Positions 27,901-37,547 of a DNA stretch of 64,000 bases are shown here, in pieces. Under the pieces are notes generated by a model. It was not told the origin of the DNA, searched no databases, and worked only from the letters and a program-made list of their open reading frames with translations. Both the position numbers and the translations under genes were made by a program. Source of the stretch: Acidobacteriota bacterium (GTDB lineage Bacteria; Acidobacteriota; Terriglobia; 20CM-2-55-15). The DNA lies in assembly GCA_003222815.1 (NCBI GenBank), contig QHXC01000418.1, forward strand, positions 111 through 64,110, written 5' to 3'. The number at the start of each line of letters is the position of its first letter. Within the stretch, counting starts at the first letter, position 1.

Positions 27901-29775
27901 ATGTGTGGAATCGCAGGCATTTTTGATTTCAATAGGGCACCCGTAGACCGGCAACGGTTGGAAACGATGACGTCCGTCATCGCCCACCGTGGCCCGGATG
28001 GTGCCGGCGTGTTTCTCGGTCAGGGTATCGGACTCGGTCACCGGCGACTCAGCATTATTGATTTGGAAGGCGGCGCGCAGCCGCTGGCAAATGAAAATGG
28101 ATCACTCCAAGTTGTCTTCAACGGTGAAATTTACAACTATGTGGAGTTGCGCGCAGAGCTGATCGCCAATGGGCACAGGTTCCGAACCGCATCCGACACC
28201 GAAGTGATTGTTCACGGTTATGAGGAATGGGGAAGGGAGTGCGTCGCCCATTTCAATGGCATGTTCGCGTTTGCGCTATGGGATGGCAATCGCCGGGTGT
28301 TGTTCCTGGCGCGCGATCATCTCGGTATCAAGCCGTTGTATTACACGCGCATTGGCAATGCGATGTACTTTGCCTCAGAGATCAAATCACTTCTCACCCA
28401 CCCCGAATGCGAACGCCGGATAGATGTTGATGCGCTCGCGCAGTTGTTCACGCTTCGCTATGTTCCATCGCCTAAGACATTATTCTCAGGTATTAGAAAG
28501 TTACCGCCTGCGCACTCGGCGATCATTAGTGAAACGGGTATTAAGCTCGAGCGCTACTGGAATCAACCGCCCCGTGTGCGCTGCGGTCGGTCCGAAGGAG
28601 AATTGGTTGAGGAGTATCGCGGCCTGTTGCAGGATACAGTGCGGCTGCAAATGCGCAGCGACGTCCCCGTGGGACTCTTCTTGAGCTCGGGCATTGATTC
28701 GGGTGTTCTTTTGGCCCTGATGAGCGAGCATACTCACGCGCCGGTACACACGTTTACGATCGGTTTCGAAGGTGGTGAACGCACTAACGAAATCAGTGCT
28801 GCGCGAGCGCTGGCGACACACTATGGGAGTGATCATTCGGAAATGGTTATCGGACCCGCGGACTACCGTCAATACTACGAGCGGTATCTTTGGGATCTTG
28901 AAGAGCCTGTCGGGAACGAGAGTGCCGTCGCCTCCTATTTTCTGAGCATGCTCGCGCGCCGCAAGGTGAAGGTCGCGTTGACGGGGCAGGGCGCCGATGA
29001 ACCCTGGGCAGGTTATGACCGTCACCGCGGCGCGAGGTTTTCCACCGCGTATGCAGGACTGCCGCACGTGGTCACCGCCGGGATTATCCGGCCATTGGTG
29101 GAACGATTCTCAAAAAGCGAAAAATTGCGGCGTGCCGTCGTTTCGTTGGATGAACCAGATCTATTGAGCCGGTTCGTAAAGATTTATTCCTTTTATAGTG
29201 AAGATATGAAGCAGCAGCTGTTCCAGCCATGGCTCCGCGAACAGGTGTCCGCTGACGGAGTCGAAGCGAAGCGCGCATTGCGCAGTTTGCACGCAGAGGT
29301 GGCGTCACTGGACCCACTAACCCAGATTTTGTACCTCGATACGCGAACCAACCTTCCAGACGATCTTCTCATGGTCGGCGACAAGACATCCATGGCGCAT
29401 TCACTGGAAGCTCGTGTGCCGCTGCTGGATTACAGGATCGTCGAGTTCGTGGAAAGTCTACAACCTGCGATGCGACTGCATGGGTTGTGTGCGAAGTACC
29501 TGCACAAGAAGGCGGTGGAGAAGTGGCTGCCCAAAGATGTGGTGTACCGCCGAAAAAATGGCTTTGCCAACCCGGTCGACCAATGGCTGCGCAGTTCAAT
29601 GGCGAAATATGTGCAGGACTGCCTGTTGACCGAAAGCTCTGCGAGCAACCGATACTTCAATCCGGCGTACATCCGCCGACTCCTGGTGGATCACGCCGCC
29701 GGCGAACAGAACTACATGCGGCAGATATATCTTCTCATCTCCTTCGAACTCTGGCACCAGAGATTCCTCAATTAG
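27901..29775 (+). CDS. asnB: asparagine synthase (glutamine-hydrolysing)
   Basis: N-terminal nucleophile MCGIAGIF, followed by the Ntn glutamine amidotransferase domain and the PP-loop synthetase domain (LSSGIDSGVL). Confidence 0.9.
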   Translation: MCGIAGIFDFNRAPVDRQRLETMTSVIAHRGPDGAGVFLGQGIGLGHRRLSIIDLEGGAQPLANENGSLQVVFNGEIYNYVELRAELIANGHRFRTASDTEVIVHGYEEWGRECVAHFNGMFAFALWDGNRRVLFLARDHLGIKPLYYTRIGNAMYFASEIKSLLTHPECERRIDVDALAQLFTLRYVPSPKTLFSGIRKLPPAHSAIISETGIKLERYWNQPPRVRCGRSEGELVEEYRGLLQDTVRLQMRSDVPVGLFLSSGIDSGVLLALMSEHTHAPVHTFTIGFEGGERTNEISAARALATHYGSDHSEMVIGPADYRQYYERYLWDLEEPVGNESAVASYFLSMLARRKVKVALTGQGADEPWAGYDRHRGARFSTAYAGLPHVVTAGIIRPLVERFSKSEKLRRAVVSLDEPDLLSRFVKIYSFYSEDMKQQLFQPWLREQVSADGVEAKRALRSLHAEVASLDPLTQILYLDTRTNLPDDLLMVGDKTSMAHSLEARVPLLDYRIVEFVESLQPAMRLHGLCAKYLHKKAVEKWLPKDVVYRRKNGFANPVDQWLRSSMAKYVQDCLLTESSASNRYFNPAYIRRLLVDHAAGEQNYMRQIYLLISFELWHQRFLN

Positions 29776-29927
29776 TGATTCGTAGATATTTCAATTAGGA
29801 AAAAGACACCGGATAAGATCCACCGGTGGGGCAGTTCGTTAGGATTGGAACCACCGACAAATAACTTCTTAACTCCCTGGAAACGTCGCGTCGGGATAGA
29901 ATACCGGTTCACACTCAGGAGGCGCAT

Positions 29928-31169
29928 ATGACGAAGAACTCTTTATTCGGGCTTTTGATGGCGATGGTTTTCTGCTCGATCGTTTCGGCTCAGGGTCAGG
30001 GCGGGCAGCCAGCCCGTTCGTTGCCCGAAGGTAACGGAAAAAGTATCGTTGAGACCGCCTGCACCACTTGCCACGCGGTCACGATGATAACGAACGCGGG
30101 GCACACTTCCGCTGACTGGAAGCTCCTCATGGAGCGTATGGTGTCGGCCGGCGCCGAGGTTCCGCCGAATCAGATCGCCATGGTGACGGATTACCTGGCA
30201 AAGAGCTTTCCGGAAGGAGATGTGCCCAAGGCTGTCATCATTCCGGGGCCTGTCAAGGTGAGCTTCAAGGAATGGACGGTGCCCACCGTGGGCTCGCGGC
30301 CGCATGATCCGCTGGCGACGCACGACGGCTACCTCTGGTACTCCGGGCAGTATGCGAACGTTCTCGGCCGCGTGGATACCAAGACTGGTGAGATCAAGGA
30401 ATTTCGTCCGGTGACGCCGCGCTCGGGGCCACACGGTCTGGTGGAAGACAAGGACGGCAACATTTGGTTCACAGCGAACTTCAAGGGCTATATCGGCAAG
30501 CTCGATCCCAAGACCAACAAGTTCTCCGAATTCAAACTGCCGGCCGAGGCGCGCGATCCGCACACGCCGCTCTTCGATCAGAAGGGCACTCTGTGGTTTA
30601 CGGTGCAGGGAGCCAACAGAGTGGGCAGGCTCAATCCCAATACGGGCGAGATCAAGCTTGTGGAATCGCCCACGCCGCGGTCCCTTCCCTACGGCATGGT
30701 GGTCGATTCCAAGGGGACTCCATATTACTGCGAGTTCGGGGCGCCGAAGATTGCGGCGATCGATCCGAACACGATGGCGATCAAGGAGTGGACTCTCAAA
30801 GATCCCGAAGCGCGTCCGCGGCGCATCGCGATCACCAGCGACGACATGATTTATTACGCGGATTATGCGCGTGGCTACTTGGGCCGGCTCGATCCGAAGA
30901 CCGGCGCCATGAAGGAATGGCCGTCCCCGGGCGGGCCGAGGTCGCAGCCCTATGGAATTACATTCCTCAACGGAGTCATCTGGTACAACGAATCGGCGGT
31001 GAAACCGAACACGCTGGTCCGCTTCGATCCGAAGACCGAAAAATTCCAGACGTGGGCGATCCCCGCCGGTGGCGGCGTCGTGCGCAACATGATGACCACT
31101 CGGGACGGGAACATCGTAATGGCTGAAAGCGCGCTCAACACGGTTGCGCTGGTCACGATCGGAAAGTAG
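29928..31169 (+). CDS. secreted fusion protein: N-terminal mono-haem cytochrome c domain (CTTCH) + Vgb-lyase/SMP-30-like six-bladed beta-propeller
   Basis: Signal peptide. CxxCH at ETACTTCHAV. Repeated blades: DKDGNIWFTANFKGYIGKLDPKT, DQKGTLWFTVQGANRVGRLNPNT, DSKGTPYYCEFGAPKIAAIDPNT, and so on. Confidence 0.75.
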   Translation: MTKNSLFGLLMAMVFCSIVSAQGQGGQPARSLPEGNGKSIVETACTTCHAVTMITNAGHTSADWKLLMERMVSAGAEVPPNQIAMVTDYLAKSFPEGDVPKAVIIPGPVKVSFKEWTVPTVGSRPHDPLATHDGYLWYSGQYANVLGRVDTKTGEIKEFRPVTPRSGPHGLVEDKDGNIWFTANFKGYIGKLDPKTNKFSEFKLPAEARDPHTPLFDQKGTLWFTVQGANRVGRLNPNTGEIKLVESPTPRSLPYGMVVDSKGTPYYCEFGAPKIAAIDPNTMAIKEWTLKDPEARPRRIAITSDDMIYYADYARGYLGRLDPKTGAMKEWPSPGGPRSQPYGITFLNGVIWYNESAVKPNTLVRFDPKTEKFQTWAIPAGGGVVRNMMTTRDGNIVMAESALNTVALVTIGK

Positions 31170-31194
31170 TTCATAGAACGATCTGACTATCGGG

Positions 31195-31275
31195 TCAGCG
31201 GGTCATTGAGTCATTGGGTTTTTCGACAAATACATATGCACTTGTCAAACAGCCCAATGACCCAATGACCCACTG
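31195..31275. repeat. nested imperfect palindrome (GGTCATTGAGTCATTGGG ... CCCAATGACCCAATGACC around TTCGACAAATACATATGCACTTGTCAAAC)
   Basis: Direct reading. Related motifs (TTGTCAAAC, ...AATGAC, CTGACACAATG) occur at 33100-33170 and 53283-53433, each downstream of a cytochrome c gene. Confidence 0.7.
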
Positions 31276-31323
31276 CGGAAGGAATCGACTACGCCTGCGA
31301 CTCTTCGATGTTTTCTCATTCTG

Positions 31324-33093
31324 TTGATGACTGCCCGTGCGGCGACGGCGCAGACACCCGACGCGCTCTTTCAGACGCGTTGTGCAGGATGCCATAACGC
31401 GGGTAACGCCGTGGGTGCGCCCCTGCCGGACACCTTGCGCCAAATGACCTGGCAGGCAGTTCTCACGGCGCTGGAAACCGGGAAGATGACCGGAATCGGC
31501 GACGGACTAAGCACCGCCGAGCGGGAAGCGATTGCAAAGTACATCGGGACGGCGGAGTCTCAGCCCATTCTCCCGTCCTCCAAATGTTCCGCGGCTCCTC
31601 AACGCCGAACAGGCAGCGCCGCCTCGAATCGGCCCGATTGGAACGGTTGGTCCGATGCCGCGAATACACGCTTCCAACCGGCCCGCCCAGCCGGCCTCAC
31701 CCGGCAGACAACACCGAAGCTGAAGCTCAAGTGGGCATTTGGATTTCCAGGCGTGACGACCGCGTTTGGAACTCCTACCGTTTTTGACGGCAGGGTTTTC
31801 GTTGGAGCGGCCGACGGCACCGTTTATTCTCTCGACGCGCGCACCGGATGCATCTATTGGACCTACGCCGCCGTCGCCGGCGTGCGCACTTCACCCGTGA
31901 TTGGAAGCGACGGAAGATCCGCGTATTTCGGCGATCTGCGCGGAAATGTGTATGCATTGGACGCCGGCACCGGAGCCCTACTCTGGAAAGTACGCGCCGA
32001 CGAACACCCGCTGGCCGTGATTACCGGATCCCCGAAACTCGACTCCGGCCGCTTGTATGTTCCGGTGTCTGGAAGAGATGAGTCCATAGCCGCGACCAAT
32101 TCCGCCTACGAATGCTGTACGTTTCGAGGAAGCGTGGTGGCGCTGGATGCCGCAACCGGGACCCGGATCTGGAGGGCCTACTCGGTTCTCGGTGTGCCGA
32201 AGCTAACCGGACAGAATAAAGCTGGGACCAGGACGTGGGGACCGTCGGGCGCCGCCGTCTGGTCCTCGCCAACTCTGGACCTGCAAAAGAGAGTGATGTA
32301 CGCCGGAACTGGAGTGAACTATTCCAATCCGCCAACAGAGACCAGCGACGCCATCCTTGCATTCGACCTGGATTCCGGCCGTCTATTGTGGTCGCGTCAG
32401 TTCACAGCCACCGATGCCTACAACTTCGCCTGTGTCGGACAGGACAAGACGAATTGCCCGAGAGATCCTTTCATTGACGCCGACCTGGGCAACTCCGGAA
32501 TCCTTCGATCGCTTGGGGGTGGAAAGCGGATCCTGATCGCTAGTGACAAGTCCGGCATGGTGTATGGGCTGGATCCCGATCGTGAAGGCAAGATTCTCTG
32601 GAAGCAGAAGATCGCTTCCGGCGGCGTGAATGGCGGAACCATGTGGGGCGGCGCTAGCGACGACCAGGGGATGGCGTTCATCGGTATTTCAGACTTTACT
32701 GCTGGAAAACCGGAAGTGGGCGGCGGCCTGTTCGCGCTCAAACTGGCGACTGGCGAGAAGCTGTGGAGGACCCCGGCGCCCAAACCCAGTTGCCTCGCCA
32801 TTGCGGGCTGCAGCGCCGCTCAGCCGGCGCCGGTGACAGTCATTCCCGGCGTCGCGTTCCTTGGATCCTGGGATGGACACATCCGAGCTTATGAAACCAA
32901 GGCGGGCACGATCATCTGGGATTTTGACACCGTTCAGGATTTCCAAGCCGTGAATGGAGTGAAGGCTCACGGGGGCTCGATCAACAGTATGGCGCCAACC
33001 GTCGCCGGTGGGATGCTCTATATTACCTCCGGATACTCGGGAACGGCGATGCCGGGTAACGTACTCTTGGCTTTCTCCGTGGATGGCCAGTAG
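31324..33093 (+). CDS. fusion protein: N-terminal mono-haem cytochrome c domain (CAGCH) + PQQ-like beta-propeller repeats; start codon uncertain
   Basis: CxxCH at RCAGCHNAG. PQQ-repeat blades (GTVYSLDARTGCIYW, GNVYALDAGTGALLW, ...). The in-frame upstream sequence encodes a signal-like LRCFLILLMTARAATAQ but has no canonical start codon. Confidence 0.7.
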   Translation: MMTARAATAQTPDALFQTRCAGCHNAGNAVGAPLPDTLRQMTWQAVLTALETGKMTGIGDGLSTAEREAIAKYIGTAESQPILPSSKCSAAPQRRTGSAASNRPDWNGWSDAANTRFQPARPAGLTRQTTPKLKLKWAFGFPGVTTAFGTPTVFDGRVFVGAADGTVYSLDARTGCIYWTYAAVAGVRTSPVIGSDGRSAYFGDLRGNVYALDAGTGALLWKVRADEHPLAVITGSPKLDSGRLYVPVSGRDESIAATNSAYECCTFRGSVVALDAATGTRIWRAYSVLGVPKLTGQNKAGTRTWGPSGAAVWSSPTLDLQKRVMYAGTGVNYSNPPTETSDAILAFDLDSGRLLWSRQFTATDAYNFACVGQDKTNCPRDPFIDADLGNSGILRSLGGGKRILIASDKSGMVYGLDPDREGKILWKQKIASGGVNGGTMWGGASDDQGMAFIGISDFTAGKPEVGGGLFALKLATGEKLWRTPAPKPSCLAIAGCSAAQPAPVTVIPGVAFLGSWDGHIRAYETKAGTIIWDFDTVQDFQAVNGVKAHGGSINSMAPTVAGGMLYITSGYSGTAMPGNVLLAFSVDGQ

Positions 33094-33235
33094 GGAAAGC
33101 AAAACGGCCATTCGGTCAGTTCGTCAATGCGTGACGACCAACTGACACAATGATGCCACCTGACGAGCTGCGCTGCCCCACGCGCTAAATCCGGACCGGC
33201 TGGCCAGGGCGCCGAAAAAGGGGGTCGTCGAAGCA

Positions 33236-33529
33236 GTGGAGGAGAAACGCGTACTCACCGATAGCCAGCGCACATTGGAGCTTTATCACCTCCAGGGAAG
33301 CGACCACGCAGCGACGATGCTGATCGGCTACTTACCGAAGGAGAAGGTGCTGATCGAGGCGGATGTTTACACTCCCGGGCCTGCCAATGCGCCAACCGGT
33401 CCACCGACGAAGGAAAACATGAATCTGTACGGTAACATCCAGGGCCTGAAGCTGGACGTGCAGCAGATCATGCCGATTCACGGCCGACTGGTGACGATTG
33501 CCGACCTGCGCAGGTTGATCGGGCGTTGA
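33236..33529 (+). pseudogene. remnant: C-terminal third of a metallo-beta-lactamase-fold hydrolase
   Basis: HAATMLIGYLPKEKVLIEADVY...IMPIHGRLVTIADL is the MBL C-terminal metal-ligand region. No N-terminal MBL motifs (HxHxDH) lie upstream. Followed directly by a REP-like element. Confidence 0.5.
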
Positions 33530-33608
33530 ACGCGGGCTAAAGCCCGCGACTACATTGTCGCAACCGCGCTTGCTTCTAACGTAGTCGCGGGCTTTAGCCC
33601 GCGTTTCC
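33529..33608. repeat. REP/MITE-like nested palindromic element (fourth locus, full two-arm copy)
   Basis: gaacgcgggctaaagcccgcgactacattgtcgcaaccgcgcttgcttctaacgtagtcgcgggctttagcccgcgttt. Confidence 0.85.
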
Positions 33609-33621
33609 GGAGGTCGAAGAA

Positions 33622-36360
33622 TTGGCGCCAACGGATTCAGGGATCGAAAAAGGCTTCACTCCCTGGGAGTCCAGAAGCAAGGTCGCGCTTGTCCTCGTAT
33701 TTACTCTGTGCTGGTTGATAACGATTGTGGTCCGCAGCCGATTTGCGGGTAACGGGACCAATCTGGATGCGTCCTGGCTTATAGGGCTGGCTACGTCTCT
33801 TCAGCAAGGATCGATCAGCGGTCGCGATTTCCATTTCACATACGGCCCGGCTGCGCAGATATTGGCTTGGATTGCAGCGTCGGTAACGACGACAAAGTCC
33901 GCGTTCGATGCGTATCGGATAATTTCTGCCTTCTTTTGCGGGGCAAGTGCCTTACTGGTTGCCGCTGTCCTATTGCTCTACGACCGAATTAATTGGAAGC
34001 AAACTGCAGTCGTCTATTGCTCCGCAGTTTTATTGAACCTTTTCTATGAAATCCCTAACTTCAGAGCAGTACTGCTTTTGCTGTGCGCCGCATTCGCTTA
34101 TCGTACGGTGGCGGCCCCGAGCATTCACCGAAAATGGCTTTGGGCCGCCGCGGCTGGATTCATTTGTTTTGTGTCGCAACTCGTAACCCCTGAACTGGGG
34201 TTGTATGGAGTGATAATCGTCGTGGGCACGCTTGCGACGAATTATCTGTTGGGCAGAGATCGGTCCTACATTCTTATCGGTTGTGTTTTTCTCGGGACCT
34301 TCACACTTGCAAATCTCGGGATAGGCGTCTTCTTCAAGGTATCGTCACCACACTACGAAGCGCTGTTAGATTATCAGCGATATATGAGTGAGACAATGCG
34401 CGGATACAACAACACGCTGGGTTTGGAATGGTCAGTCGGTCCAAAGCAGACAATCTTTTTGGCGCTCCTGGCGGCGTACACCGTTGTGACGGCGGCTATT
34501 GCCGCACGGAAGTCTTCTCTCATTGACGCCTGTCTACTCGCGAGTTTGATTTTTGCTTCCCTCGTCTCTCTGAAAAGTGCGCTCGTGCGAAGCGACATCG
34601 GACACGTTGCTCAAGCTTCGAGCCCATTCGTTTTTGTTTTTCTGCTGCTCCCAAGGAAGGAATGGAATTCCCGAGTAGGGCAGATCGCCTGGTGCCTTTT
34701 CGCCTTTGGGCTCTATTTCATTTGGCCGTTCGCTGGTTGGAGTGCTCCAAGAGACTTTCTAAAAGGAATTGATGGAGAGGTGCCCGTGCCATCAGCTCTC
34801 CACGACATTCTCTCCGTCGCCAGGGAGCCTGAAGACTTCTTGCCGGCGGCAATTCTTGGGCCGGAGTCCCGAGCCCGGCGCACCATCCCCATACTCCCAT
34901 TTCCCTATGAGAATTACATTCCAATAGTGTTGAGGCGTCCGTTGTTTGCACCGGTGCTGCAAAGTTATAGCGCGGCTACGGAAGCGTTGCAACGGTTCTA
35001 CATCAAGGCCCTCGAAAGACAGCGTCCCGTGGGCCTGGATGTGGTTTACGGCCTGGATTCGGTCGCGGTCTGGCCTGTTGACGGGATTCAAACGATTTCT
35101 CGACTGCCACTCATTTTCGAGTACTTATACAAGCATTTTGAGCTCACTTCGCCCGCGGAAAATACTGACGGACATTACATTCTTCAGCAGCGAGAACACA
35201 CGAGGGAGGTCGTTTTCCGAGATTTGCCGTTCACCGCAAGCCGGTTTGATGATACGTCGGGAATGCTGCGGCTGGCTCAGCCCACGATGTGTGGTCTCCT
35301 GCGACTGGAAATGAAAATGACATACTCACCAGCGGACTTCTTTCTCAGACCAAGCGGTGTGGAATTCAATATCAGCAAAGGAGACGAGTCCGTGTGGGCA
35401 GGTTACACGCGCGCTCTGAGCATGAATCAGAACTTCGCAACGTATTTCAGTCTTGTGAAGCCGAAGTTGTTCTACAGGTTTTTCAAGCAGGGTCCTATTC
35501 CTGGCAAGAGTTGGGATACTCTTGCATACCGCCCGTGGTCCACGGATGTGTTGGGATCCGCGCCGCAGCAGGTTGAGATCAGCCGGCTTCAGTGCGTTGA
35601 CCCGCGCATGTTTGTTGAAGGTAACCCATCCCTGGAATTATCCGACTATGAGTTACTGTTCTCTGCCGAAATCACGACAGGGCGAGCACAGGCCGGTTAT
35701 GCGGTGCTGACACGAGAATCGGGGCCTCAACCCGAAGTCTTTGTAAAGCTTGGCCGCTCAGAGGGCGTTCGAGCTTCTACGGATGTGCAAGCTGCTCCAA
35801 TGGGCAGGAAGTTTTCGACAAAACTCGATTCCCTCTACGCGAATGATGTCGGTATTGCGCTCGCCAACCCTGGCCGAACTGCGATCGCAATCCGGATCAA
35901 CTATCGCAGCAATTACGCTGAGCAGTCCGCGGCTGTAACACTGCAACGCGGCGAACACATCTCAAAATTTCTGAGCGAACTCTTGCCGGGAACTCCATCA
36001 GAGCCGCTCTCGGGCACGCTTCAGATAAGCAGTGAATCCAGGTTTTCGGTTTTCGCTGGGGCCTTCACAGGCCGAATACGGGCATTGCCCATCGATGCCG
36101 ATAACACTCCGGAACCAACGGATCAAAACACCGTGGTGTTTCCACAGTTTGTCATGCACGGAGGATGGGCCACCGCTTTGATTCTTTCGAATCGCGCGGA
36201 GAGTACCGCCAAGGGAAGAATCGAAATCTTCTCTTCCAACGGTGATCCGATGCCCGTCACCTTGAACGGCATTACATCGAGCACGTACGCGTACTCCATT
36301 CCACCAGGTAACGTGTTCATGCTCGCGCCGGGAGCACGCCGAGCGAGTCCGTCAAAATGA
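33622..36360 (+). CDS. large polytopic membrane protein (about 12 predicted TM helices in the first 380 aa, then a 530-aa extracytoplasmic domain); putative GT-C-fold glycosyltransferase
   Basis: 912 aa. The hydrophobicity pattern is read from the sequence. No confident family match. Genomic context: an epimerase and a DPM1-like GT2 lie immediately downstream. Confidence 0.5.
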   Translation: MAPTDSGIEKGFTPWESRSKVALVLVFTLCWLITIVVRSRFAGNGTNLDASWLIGLATSLQQGSISGRDFHFTYGPAAQILAWIAASVTTTKSAFDAYRIISAFFCGASALLVAAVLLLYDRINWKQTAVVYCSAVLLNLFYEIPNFRAVLLLLCAAFAYRTVAAPSIHRKWLWAAAAGFICFVSQLVTPELGLYGVIIVVGTLATNYLLGRDRSYILIGCVFLGTFTLANLGIGVFFKVSSPHYEALLDYQRYMSETMRGYNNTLGLEWSVGPKQTIFLALLAAYTVVTAAIAARKSSLIDACLLASLIFASLVSLKSALVRSDIGHVAQASSPFVFVFLLLPRKEWNSRVGQIAWCLFAFGLYFIWPFAGWSAPRDFLKGIDGEVPVPSALHDILSVAREPEDFLPAAILGPESRARRTIPILPFPYENYIPIVLRRPLFAPVLQSYSAATEALQRFYIKALERQRPVGLDVVYGLDSVAVWPVDGIQTISRLPLIFEYLYKHFELTSPAENTDGHYILQQREHTREVVFRDLPFTASRFDDTSGMLRLAQPTMCGLLRLEMKMTYSPADFFLRPSGVEFNISKGDESVWAGYTRALSMNQNFATYFSLVKPKLFYRFFKQGPIPGKSWDTLAYRPWSTDVLGSAPQQVEISRLQCVDPRMFVEGNPSLELSDYELLFSAEITTGRAQAGYAVLTRESGPQPEVFVKLGRSEGVRASTDVQAAPMGRKFSTKLDSLYANDVGIALANPGRTAIAIRINYRSNYAEQSAAVTLQRGEHISKFLSELLPGTPSEPLSGTLQISSESRFSVFAGAFTGRIRALPIDADNTPEPTDQNTVVFPQFVMHGGWATALILSNRAESTAKGRIEIFSSNGDPMPVTLNGITSSTYAYSIPPGNVFMLAPGARRASPSK

Positions 36361-36463
36361 AGATCCTGATTACAGGTAGCGTCGAGACTATTGTTTCCGA
36401 CATTTTCAACTGGGTTCGCGAGAACGAAGCCGACTTGCGACCTATCTTTATCTGAGCACGCGA

Positions 36464-37546
36464 ATGTCTATTGCAGTGATCACCGGTTCAGCGGGACTCA
36501 TAGGAAGCGAGGCGGTTGCCTTTCTGCACGATAAGGGAATGAGGGTTGTCGGAATTGATAATGATCTCCGACGCTACTTCTTTGGAGCGGAAGCCTCCAC
36601 TAGATGGAAGGCGGAAGAGCTGAAAAGCAAGCTTCCGAACTATGAGCACCATTCCATCGACATCCGGGAAAGCGACAAAATCTTCCAGCTATTTCGCCGT
36701 CTGGGAAAAGATATCTCGTTAATCATTCACGCTGCTGCTCAACCCAGTCACGACTGGGCCGCCCAAGAGCCGTTGACGGATTTTACCGTGAATGCTAATG
36801 GAACTCTGGTGTTGTTGGAGGCAACGCGCCAATACTGCCCTGATGCGGTTTTCATTTTTACATCGACCAACAAAGTCTATGGCGACAGGCCAAACACTCT
36901 TCCGCTAGTCGAGTTGGAAACGCGATGGGAGATCGAGCCGGCTCATCCCTACTTCAAGTATGGCATTGATGAGACGATGCCAATCGATAATTCCCTGCAT
37001 AGCCTGTTTGGGGTAAGTAAGGCGGCTGCAGACTTGCTGGCCCAGGAATATGGGCAATATTTCGGCCTGAAGACCGGAGTGTTCCGGGGCGGCTGCCTCA
37101 CCGGACCCGCTCATTCGTCCGCAGAGCTCCATGGTTTCCTGGCATACCTTGTGAAATGCGCCGTGACCGGTTCTCCCTATACGATCTACGGGTATAAAGG
37201 CAAACAGGTGAGGGACAACATTCACGCGTTTGATTTGGTCAACGCCTTCTGGCATTTTTTCCAGAATCCGCGCTGTGGCGAGATCTACAACATTGGTGGG
37301 TCCAGGCACAGCAACTGTTCCATGCTTGAAGCCATTAAACTCATCGAGATGATCTCGGGAAGACAGGTGCGATACTCGATTTCGCCAAAGCCTCGGACGG
37401 GAGACCATGTCTGGTGGATCAGCGACGTCTCAAAGTTTCAGAAGCACTATCCGGAATGGACCTATGAATACGATCTTCGCAAGATGACTGATGAGATTGT
37501 CGCGGCGGCTTCGAAACGCATCAAGACCATGGCTCGAGGGACCTAG
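36464..37546 (+). CDS. NAD-dependent epimerase/dehydratase (extended SDR; CDP-paratose-2-epimerase/UDP-sugar epimerase-like)
   Basis: NAD-binding GSAGLIGS, catalytic YxxxK ([11 protein letters not shown]), and the STNKVYG motif. Confidence 0.8.
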   Translation: MSIAVITGSAGLIGSEAVAFLHDKGMRVVGIDNDLRRYFFGAEASTRWKAEELKSKLPNYEHHSIDIRESDKIFQLFRRLGKDISLIIHAAAQPSHDWAAQEPLTDFTVNANGTLVLLEATRQYCPDAVFIFTSTNKVYGDRPNTLPLVELETRWEIEPAHPYFKYGIDETMPIDNSLHSLFGVSKAAADLLAQEYGQYFGLKTGVFRGGCLTGPAHSSAELHGFLAYLVKCAVTGSPYTIYGYKGKQVRDNIHAFDLVNAFWHFFQNPRCGEIYNIGGSRHSNCSMLEAIKLIEMISGRQVRYSISPKPRTGDHVWWISDVSKFQKHYPEWTYEYDLRKMTDEIVAAASKRIKTMARGT

Positions 37547-37547
37547 G

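Noticed and set aside
30464-31126. ORF 30464..31126(+) 220 aa Arg/His-rich
   Set aside because: Alternate frame of the cytochrome c/Vgb-like propeller gene. No motif content.
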